Shown in pieces: positions 48,432-55,789 of a stretch of DNA of 64,000 nt. The stretch is taken from the IMG/VR virus record IMGVR_UViG_3300033049_000066, positions 186,001 to 250,000 of that record; one strand, written 5' to 3'. The stretch's first letter is position 1, and every line of letters starts with the position of its first letter. The notes under the pieces were generated by a model. The model did no database searches. It saw only the letters and a list, made by a program, of their open reading frames with translations, and had not been told where the DNA came from. Made by a program: the position numbers and the translations under genes.

Positions 48432-49445
48432 ATGAGTCAACTGTTTAAGAAGGCAATGATCTTCACTGATATACATTTTGGGCTAAAAAGTAATAGTCAG
48501 CAGCATAACAAAGATTGTGAAGACTTTGTGCAATGGGCAATAAAAACCGGCAAGGAGCATGGCTGCGAGACTGGCATGTTCTTGGGAGATTGGCATCATC
48601 ATAGATCATCAATTAATTTGCAAACTCTAAACTACAGTTTACGAAGTCTGGAACGGTTAAATGATGAGTTTGATAATTTCTACTTTATTCCTGGCAATCA
48701 TGATTTGTACTACCGCGACAAGCGTGATATACACGGCATTGAGTGGGCTAAACATCTTCCAAATATAACAATTTGCAATGATTGGTTTCATCAAGATAAT
48801 GTATCAATTGTTCCGTGGTTGGTCGGCGACGATTACAAAAAATTAATAAAAATAAAAGCCAAGTACATGTTCGGCCACTTCGAGCTTCCGCACTTTAAAA
48901 TGAATGCGTTAGTTGAGATGCCGGATACTGGCACTGTGAAAAGTTCGCAGTTAGCAAATGTCGAAAAGGTCTTTAGTGGGCATTTTCACATGAGGCAGGT
49001 TCGTGGCAATGTCACGTACATCGGCAATTGTTTCCCGCACAATTTTTCGGATGCTGGGGATGACCAGCGTGGGGTGATGATTCTCGAGTGGGATAAGGAA
49101 CCGAAATTTTTTGCCTGGCCTGATCAACCCCTATACAAGGTCGTGAATTTAAGTACGCTCCTTGACGATGCGGATTCTATTCTCGGACCGAATATGCACG
49201 TGAAGGTCAATCTCGACATTGACGTCAGCTATGAAGAAGCAAATTTCATCAAGGAAACTTTCGTCGAGAAATATAAACTGCGTGAAATTAGTTTGATTCC
49301 TTTGAAGGAACAAGAATTTGAAGACGATAATAATCAGGCTGTCTCGTTTAACAGTGTTGATACTATCATACACGAACAAATCGCCGCAATCGAAAGTGAG
49401 TTTTATAAAACTGGATTGCTAATGGAAATATATAACAACCTTTGA
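48432..49445 (+). CDS. gp47: recombination endonuclease subunit (gp47/Mre11/SbcD-like)
   Basis: FTDIHFG, FLGDWHH, PGNHD, GHFE, SGHFH. Confidence 0.93.
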   Translation: MSQLFKKAMIFTDIHFGLKSNSQQHNKDCEDFVQWAIKTGKEHGCETGMFLGDWHHHRSSINLQTLNYSLRSLERLNDEFDNFYFIPGNHDLYYRDKRDIHGIEWAKHLPNITICNDWFHQDNVSIVPWLVGDDYKKLIKIKAKYMFGHFELPHFKMNALVEMPDTGTVKSSQLANVEKVFSGHFHMRQVRGNVTYIGNCFPHNFSDAGDDQRGVMILEWDKEPKFFAWPDQPLYKVVNLSTLLDDADSILGPNMHVKVNLDIDVSYEEANFIKETFVEKYKLREISLIPLKEQEFEDDNNQAVSFNSVDTIIHEQIAAIESEFYKTGLLMEIYNNL

Positions 49446-49452
49446 GAAAACT

Positions 49453-50250
49453 ATGAACGAAAAAACAATACATTTTATCGCTGGTTTACCACGTGCAGGT
49501 AGTACGCTACTCTGTAACATTTTAAATCAAAATCCAAGATTTCATGCTACAAGCACCTCGGGCATTTTAGACATTGTACTCGCTATACGCAACCAATGGG
49601 AAAATGTTAACGAATTCCAAGCAACTCCAAATAAGCTCGGAAAAGACGCAGTAATGAAACCAATTTTACAAAATTACTATTCAACAGTCGAGAGGCCGGT
49701 TGTATTTGACAAGTCGAGAGGATGGCCCGGGTATTTAGAACTTGCTGAACATTGTCTAGGCACAAAAGTCAAGATGATTGTCCCGGTTCGTAGAGTCGTA
49801 GATATTCTCGCTTCGTTTGAAAAATTAACAAGAAACAATTCACGGACTTGGCAAATGCCGCAAGAGAAATCACACTTCTTTGAGATGCAGACGCTCGCTG
49901 GTAGGGCAGATGTTTGGATGAGAAACGATCAGCCTGTGGGCATTGCCTACAATCGCGTAAGAGATGCGATAGACAGGGGCTTTGGCGAACAACTACATTT
50001 TGTGGAATTTGAAAATTTAACCGCGCATCCTGAGGCTACAATGGCTGCTTTGTACGAGTTTCTCGGTGAGGTGTATTTTGCGCATGATTTTTTAAATGTT
50101 GAGCAAAGCACAAATGAGAACGATGACGTCCATGGTATCCCTGGACTCCACACGATCCGACAGGTAGTGAAGCCGTTTGACGTAGATGCTAAGAAAATCA
50201 TCGGAGCGGATGCTTACAAGAAATACGAAAATGCGGAATTTTGGAGATAG
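49453..50250 (+). CDS. PAPS-dependent sulfotransferase
   Basis: FIAGLPRAGSTLL 5'-PSB loop, FDKSR, VR...DILAS, VEFENL...PE..M..LYEFLG. Confidence 0.85.
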   Translation: MNEKTIHFIAGLPRAGSTLLCNILNQNPRFHATSTSGILDIVLAIRNQWENVNEFQATPNKLGKDAVMKPILQNYYSTVERPVVFDKSRGWPGYLELAEHCLGTKVKMIVPVRRVVDILASFEKLTRNNSRTWQMPQEKSHFFEMQTLAGRADVWMRNDQPVGIAYNRVRDAIDRGFGEQLHFVEFENLTAHPEATMAALYEFLGEVYFAHDFLNVEQSTNENDDVHGIPGLHTIRQVVKPFDVDAKKIIGADAYKKYENAEFWR

Positions 50251-50254
50251 ATAA

Positions 50255-53218
50255 TTGATTAAAATTAAAAGTTTGGTTGTAAAAAACTTTATGAGTATCG
50301 GAAACGCAAGTCAAGCCGTGGACTTTGACCGTGATGACTTGACCCTCGTTCTTGGGGAGAATCTTGATCTTGGGAGCAATGGTGCGAGAAATGGTACCGG
50401 GAAGGCGCAACCGTTGTACTCAAAAATAAAAACACCCGGTGGCTGGGCTACAATGGGCGATATGGTCGTTGGGCAAGCCATCACCACACCTACCGGGGGC
50501 AGTGCTGAGGTCAGTGGCGTTTTCCCACAGGGTGAGGTAGAAACATACAGAATTCATTTTTCTGATGGTAGGCAAACAGATGCTTGCAAAGACCATCTGT
50601 GGAAAGTTTACTCGCACTCGTTTAAAGATAAATGGCAGGTTCTAACTACTGCTGAGTTAATTTCGCATACAGAAAAATATAAAAATCATAAAAATAAATC
50701 TACGTACTACAAATATGTTCCGTTGATTATCCCAGAAAATATTGCAGACATTAAGTTGCCATTTGATCCATATTTCCTTGGCGCGATGCTCGGAGACGGT
50801 GGCATGACCGTACACGGTATCGGGTTTACAACTGCTGATGACGAAATGTTTGAAAATATGAAACAGGTTCTGCCAGAAAATTATCAGATAACAAAAAATC
50901 ATTATGATGACTACGGATATTCATTAAAATTTATTAATCGAAAAAAGTACAGCACATTACGACTAGGATTATCTGCGCTGAAGTTATACGGAACGAAATC
51001 AGCAACGAAATTTATTCCAGAAATATATAAAAATGCCTCCATTAATCAAAAAATAGAACTTATACAAGGGATAGTAGACACCGACGGTTATGTCGCAAAG
51101 AAAAACGGGTCACTTTCTATTACAACCGTCAGCAAGCAAATGGCGGATGATATTCAAGAAATAATACAGTCTATTGGCGGGATCGCTAAAATAAAAATTA
51201 AAACGAACTGTGGGTATAAAAAAGACGGCATATTTATACCATGTCAGGACGCCTACACCGTTTGCATCACATACCATACTCCAAAACTTTTAGCTCGACT
51301 TAGCCGGAAAAAAGATCTCTTACCGGGTGAGAATTATCAGTACAAAAATAGAAAATTAAGAATCGATCATATAGAATATATTGGTAAGATTGAATCCCAA
51401 TGTATTATGGTCGAACACTCAGATCACTTATACATTACAGACAATTATATTGTTACACATAATACGACGTTGATAAACGCTCTGAGCTATGGGCTGTACG
51501 GCAGTGCGCTTTCTGAGATTCGCGTGAACAATCTTGTCAACAAAACTAACAGAAAAAATATGCTCGTGTCGGTTGAGTTCAGCATCGACGAGGCGCAGTA
51601 CAGAATTGAAAGGGGCAGATCTCCAAATGTGCTGAAATTTTACAAAAATGATCTTGAGCAGAAGGATGAGGATGGTGCGCAGGGCGAGAACAGGGAAACG
51701 CAAAAAGAGATAAATGATCTACTGGGGCTGAGTCACGCGATGTTCAAACACGCTGTCGCGCTAAACACCTACACCACCCCGTTTCTGTCTCTCAAGAATG
51801 CTGACCAGAAAGATATTATCGAGGAGCTTCTCGGAATCACTGTCCTTACCGAGAAGGCCGAGGCACTGAAAGCGGTCAACAAGATCACAAAGGATGGGGT
51901 CAAGGAAGAAGAATTCCGGCTTGAGACTATCATGAAGGCGAATCTGCGAATTGACGAACAGATTGAGGGGTTGAAGCGCCGGCAGCGGATGTGGCAGATC
52001 TCCCACAATAACACAGTAGATGGTTATACTTCAAAGATTGAAAAATTGATGGTGGTCGACATCGAAGACGAGATTGCTAAGCATAACCGCAATGCGAAAA
52101 TCCGGGTTGATACTGACAAGAAAAACACCAAGGGCAAAGCAGCAGTTGACAAATTTAACGCTGAACTAAAAATTCAAAAGGATCGTGAGATTGCCGCCAT
52201 TGACAAATTCAACTCTGCTGTGCTAGAATGTAATCGGTGGATCAAACAAATTGAAAATGATACAAAGGCCCAGGAGCGTCGGTCGCAAGCGTTACAAAGA
52301 GATATTGATTTACTAGAAGATCACAAGTGCCACGCCTGCGGGCAGGATCTCCATGATGAGACACAGGAAGCAAATATTGCGGCTAAGAAAACAGAATTAA
52401 CAGAATGTGCAATGCAGATTCTATCTAATCAAACGCAGGATACAGAGCAGAAACTAAAACTTGCGGACCTTGGCTCACCGCCGGTAACAAAAGAAGCTAA
52501 GAAAGCCAAAACGTTCAAAGAAGAGCAGTACAAGGGCAACCTCACTTTTTACAAAACCATCGACGAGGCTCACGGACACAAGAGCTCGCTCGCTACGCTC
52601 ACATCGCAGCTTGAAACCGCTGTAGACACTGCTGATCCGTACGTTGAACAAGTAGACGAAATGGTTGCTAGTGGGCTAGTTGAGGTCTCTTACGAATCTT
52701 TAAATCAGCTTGTCGAGCTACAAGAGCATCAGGCATTTCTACTAAAACTTTTAACGAGCAAAGATAGTTTCATTCGCAAGAAAATCATTGAGCAAAATTT
52801 AGCGTACTTGAATGGGCGGCTTACATATTACCTCACTGAAATCGGGCTTCCGCATCGTGTGCGGTTCATGTCGGATCTTAGCGTTGAGATTACAGACTTG
52901 GGCAGAGACCTGGACTTTGACAATTTGTCACGGGGTGAGAGGACTAGGCTGATTTTGTCTCTGTCTTGGGCGTTTAGGGATGTCTGGGAAAGTCTGTACA
53001 GCCACATCAACTTACTTTTTGTAGACGAGCTTGTCGACAATGGACTTGACACAAATGGCGTCGAAGCCGCTATTAAAATTATGAAAAGTATGGCGAGGGA
53101 GCGTGGGAAAAGTGTTTGGCTGGTCTCGCACAGAGAAGAATTAATTAGCCGCGTGAATAACACAATGAAAGTGATTAAGAGCGGTGGCTACACTGAATAC
53201 AGTAGCGAATTAGAATAG
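50255..53218 (+). CDS. gp46: recombination ATPase (gp46/Rad50/SbcC-like, intein-containing)
   Basis: KNFMSIG, Walker A NGTGK/TT split by the intein, CHAC zinc hook, LSRGE, LFVDE, LVSH. Confidence 0.95.
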   Translation: MIKIKSLVVKNFMSIGNASQAVDFDRDDLTLVLGENLDLGSNGARNGTGKAQPLYSKIKTPGGWATMGDMVVGQAITTPTGGSAEVSGVFPQGEVETYRIHFSDGRQTDACKDHLWKVYSHSFKDKWQVLTTAELISHTEKYKNHKNKSTYYKYVPLIIPENIADIKLPFDPYFLGAMLGDGGMTVHGIGFTTADDEMFENMKQVLPENYQITKNHYDDYGYSLKFINRKKYSTLRLGLSALKLYGTKSATKFIPEIYKNASINQKIELIQGIVDTDGYVAKKNGSLSITTVSKQMADDIQEIIQSIGGIAKIKIKTNCGYKKDGIFIPCQDAYTVCITYHTPKLLARLSRKKDLLPGENYQYKNRKLRIDHIEYIGKIESQCIMVEHSDHLYITDNYIVTHNTTLINALSYGLYGSALSEIRVNNLVNKTNRKNMLVSVEFSIDEAQYRIERGRSPNVLKFYKNDLEQKDEDGAQGENRETQKEINDLLGLSHAMFKHAVALNTYTTPFLSLKNADQKDIIEELLGITVLTEKAEALKAVNKITKDGVKEEEFRLETIMKANLRIDEQIEGLKRRQRMWQISHNNTVDGYTSKIEKLMVVDIEDEIAKHNRNAKIRVDTDKKNTKGKAAVDKFNAELKIQKDREIAAIDKFNSAVLECNRWIKQIENDTKAQERRSQALQRDIDLLEDHKCHACGQDLHDETQEANIAAKKTELTECAMQILSNQTQDTEQKLKLADLGSPPVTKEAKKAKTFKEEQYKGNLTFYKTIDEAHGHKSSLATLTSQLETAVDTADPYVEQVDEMVASGLVEVSYESLNQLVELQEHQAFLLKLLTSKDSFIRKKIIEQNLAYLNGRLTYYLTEIGLPHRVRFMSDLSVEITDLGRDLDFDNLSRGERTRLILSLSWAFRDVWESLYSHINLLFVDELVDNGLDTNGVEAAIKIMKSMARERGKSVWLVSHREELISRVNNTMKVIKSGGYTEYSSELE
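50405..51463 (+). mobile_element. Ala-start class-3 intein with LAGLIDADG endonuclease (353 aa)
   Basis: Ala1 (AQPLYSKIKTPGGW), DHLW, SQCIMV, IVTHN then +1 Thr; FLGAMLGDG and IQGIVDTDG. Confidence 0.92.
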
Positions 53219-53749
53219 CTACTTATAATAAAAGTTAGTAGTACTAAACTCCTCGAAGAGTTTACTCAAACCTTTTGTTAATTTACGAGATTTGGGATAA
53301 GGTGGTACTTTCTTTTTAGGATATTTTGCTTTGAAAAGTTTGATCATTTTATTATAGGATGATTTTTTAACTTTTTGAGCTTTAGGAACCTCGGATGGAT
53401 GGATATAAACCTCCCCGTCTTCGGTATACGCACCGGCTTCTAAGTAGTCAGCTAAGTTGCGTAAAAATGTAGGAAGATCGGTCGGGTGTTTGGATTCATC
53501 GGCCCCATAATAACGTTTCCAATTATTCGTTATTTTTCCTTCAATGGCATTTGCCCGGAACTCAATCGCATTGCGAATTGTTCCTTTGTTAGGTGCGTAA
53601 GGCTCGGAATTTAGCTTATGTATATGATCTAACACGCATTTGTCGATAGGGATTTTAATCCCCAGTAATGGACAAACTTCGTTATTTTGTTTATGAAGTT
53701 TTTCTTTAAGGATCTTGATATCCTTGACTTTGAGCTCGACGTATTGCAT
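53219..53749 (-). CDS. endonuclease VII (gp49)-like His-Me nuclease
   Basis: LDHIH, G.IR...., NAIEG, FLRNLADYL..IHP match my recollection of T4 gp49; Zn cysteines mostly absent. Confidence 0.75.
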   Translation of the reverse strand: MQYVELKVKDIKILKEKLHKQNNEVCPLLGIKIPIDKCVLDHIHKLNSEPYAPNKGTIRNAIEFRANAIEGKITNNWKRYYGADESKHPTDLPTFLRNLADYLEAGAYTEDGEVYIHPSEVPKAQKVKKSSYNKMIKLFKAKYPKKKVPPYPKSRKLTKGLSKLFEEFSTTNFYYK

Positions 53750-53755
53750 TGTAAT

Positions 53756-53762
53756 TATTTAT
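53756..53762 (-). promoter_or_regulatory. late promoter ATAAATA, 6 nt before the endo VII ATG
   Basis: TAAATA core; no SD between it and the ATG. Confidence 0.55.
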
Positions 53763-53814
53763 TGTGTAAAACGAACACTAGAAAATTTTTAAGATGAGCG
53801 CAGCGGACTAAATA

Positions 53815-54560
53815 TCAAGCACGTGGTAGATGCATAGAAATGGCATGCTACTTCTAGGATTTTTATTATGGACATTTTGACTATACGTCGAAGAAGTAAA
53901 ACAGGTATAAGGTTGGTGGGCCGAGCGTAATTCCACCGTGCAAGTATTATGAAATGTACCGCTGCGCAAACGTCTTGCTGTTTAGGCGCCTCAAATTGAC
54001 TACCCGAAAGGATGCTTTAAAGTGACGCGCCCATGTGCGATCAACTTTCAATTGTTGTAAATAGTAAGGAAATATGAAAATAATTCCGAGGCAAATAATT
54101 GTAAATTGCGAGATAACAGATGTCCTGTTTGCGAACAGAAACATGGCTTGCGAATGCAACTTGTCTAGTGAGATGGATGCCATATTTGAATGGTGGAAGA
54201 CCAATCAAACACCCATCTGCACATAACATCAGCTAGGTATAAGGCGGTTATGTGCGCGTTGAGCACTGCATGTAATGAGGTGATAGCAAAACCTACCTTT
54301 CTTAGTTAAGCGATTAGTGGACTAAGTGTTGTATTATACCTAGCGAACGTTCCATGCGTTTTAGTCGTCGTCTTTGGCGGCGTGGCACCTTGGCTCACTC
54401 TCCAATTCGAACTCATTCGCTAACGCTCAATCATATGCATTACTTCTATTTTAATTTGTGTTTACTAATATGAGTGTTGAAGCGATAGCGACAACACGAA
54501 TAGATCTGCTTCAGATCTTCTATACTAAACTAATTGCTTAGAAACAAATGGAATGTCACG
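53815..54560 (+). ncRNA. candidate large structured RNA (unclassified)
   Basis: About 840 nt without a long ORF; many helices including 9-bp and 11-bp stems and a G-U-containing hairpin; boundaries are approximate. Confidence 0.45.
54074..54226 (+). CDS. possible 50-aa ORF inside the structured region
   Basis: AAGGA then ATG; MKIIPRQIIVNCEITDVLFANRNMACECNLSSEMDAIFEWWKTNQTPICT. Confidence 0.3.
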   Translation: MKIIPRQIIVNCEITDVLFANRNMACECNLSSEMDAIFEWWKTNQTPICT

Positions 54561-54591
54561 ACCACGACTTGCGTTAAAAAGTTTATATTTT

Positions 54592-54828
54592 CTAAAAAAA
54601 CGGAAGGCCGGATTTTTGCGTGGTTTCGAGATTATCCTCTGCGATCTTTGTAATTAGCTTTCGTTCTGCCGAACTTAAATTCATTGCGGTGTCGTACTGA
54701 ATACCCCCACGCATAGCCCATGCATGATGTAAGCATTCTTTTCGTATAGCGAGGGATTCTTTTTCTAGTTGATCAACGAACTTGGATATTTGCTCAGAGT
54801 TTAAGATTGTTAGCTTTGATCGAAAAAA
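54592..54828 (-). CDS. gp51-like baseplate hub assembly chaperone, probably expressed as a -1 frameshift extension
   Basis: W.MRGG..Y..AM.LS..ER motif; no good start codon of its own; frame reached by a -1 slip at 54822-54828. Confidence 0.7.
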   Translation of the reverse strand, partial: FFRSKLTILNSEQISKFVDQLEKESLAIRKECLHHAWAMRGGIQYDTAMNLSSAERKLITKIAEDNLETTQKSGLPFF

Positions 54829-55712
54829 GATGTCATGTCTAACGTAAAGTGCTGATCGTACGTATGATTGCAAACATGTGTATTTGGCTTAGTATCTTTG
54901 GCGCCTTCTTCATCATTATCTAGTACTTCATCTTTGATTAGCTCGGTACATTTAATTTTTAGAGGCTTAAGAATTTCTTTAGTCTTTTGTTCAATGACTG
55001 AGGCTTTGATCTTTTTGTACATAGAAGTTTCACAATTCTTTAAAAATTCTAATATATGTTCTTCTTTACTAACTGTACACTCTGGTGTTGTAATTGAGGC
55101 TATATTCTTCGCGAGCGTAGTGAGTGTGTACTCTGATACTTTTTTGAACGTGTCAGAGAGTAATTTAATTTGATCTTCTTCTTTTAGTGTAGAATCAACC
55201 AATAAGTGACTCAGCTTCTGCTCTTCAAACTGTAATTTATTGTTTTCGTTTAAATCTTTGTAAGTCATTGGCTTAAATGCGATAGTTAAATCACCTATAA
55301 CCATCACTTTACTGTAGTCAGTTGGTACAATTGAGTCAAGAACCACTCGTAAATCGACGTTGTACCCAGCAACATTAGCACAACTTGGGCATTTGGTTTC
55401 AATTTCCATATCATGGCCGAAGCTAGCGATTCTAATCGCGCACAGTACGGCGGTTAAGTCCGTTACCGGCATCGTCCAAGCATCTTTAATGGAAGGAATA
55501 CAGCTTTCTATAACCTGTACGACCGCTGATCCATTGAACAAAGCGTCCGGGGTTTTATACGTTATCTCGTCAATCGCCGTCATGGGTAAAACCGGCACTT
55601 CACCAGTCTCAGGTAGATCAAGTTTTCCATCACCGTAACCTTCACCCTTGCTTGGTAATGCTAAGTGAATAGAGGCGGTTCTAAAGTACTGCGATAAAGG
55701 ATTTTCGCTCAT
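54810..55712 (-). CDS. gp26-like baseplate hub / tail assembly chaperone
   Basis: LPS.G..Y, MTAIDEI..KTPDALFNG, CIPSI, AIRIASFG, CPSC. Confidence 0.8.
   Translation of the reverse strand: MSENPLSQYFRTASIHLALPSKGEGYGDGKLDLPETGEVPVLPMTAIDEITYKTPDALFNGSAVVQVIESCIPSIKDAWTMPVTDLTAVLCAIRIASFGHDMEIETKCPSCANVAGYNVDLRVVLDSIVPTDYSKVMVIGDLTIAFKPMTYKDLNENNKLQFEEQKLSHLLVDSTLKEEDQIKLLSDTFKKVSEYTLTTLAKNIASITTPECTVSKEEHILEFLKNCETSMYKKIKASVIEQKTKEILKPLKIKCTELIKDEVLDNDEEGAKDTKPNTHVCNHTYDQHFTLDMTSFFDQS
54822..54828 (-). promoter_or_regulatory. slippery heptamer U_UUU_UUC (-1 ribosomal frameshift)
   Basis: mRNA ...UCU UUU UUC GAU CAA AGC UAA, in the X_XXY_YYZ register. Confidence 0.6.
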
Positions 55713-55723
55713 TAAATTATTTC

Positions 55724-55749
55724 CATAAATAGTTAGTACGTCTATTTAC
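55724..55749. promoter_or_regulatory. opposed pair of late promoters
   Basis: CATAAATA (+, 55724-55731) and GTAAATA (-, 55743-55749). Confidence 0.65.
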
Positions 55750-55789
55750 CAAAGACATAAACGGCGTATAAAATAATGGATAACAGTTA

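Noticed and set aside
53915-53940. TTCCACC as a tRNA or tmRNA 3' end
   Set aside because: No T-arm (GTTCRA) or CCA terminus in the right context
53947-54204. 85-aa minus-strand ORF from the track
   Set aside because: No SD or promoter; it is the antisense shadow of the + strand 50-codon ORF and structured region
54829-54873. TTG start at 54873 for the gp51-like ORF
   Set aside because: It lies inside the upstream gene with no SD; a -1 frameshift explains the frame better
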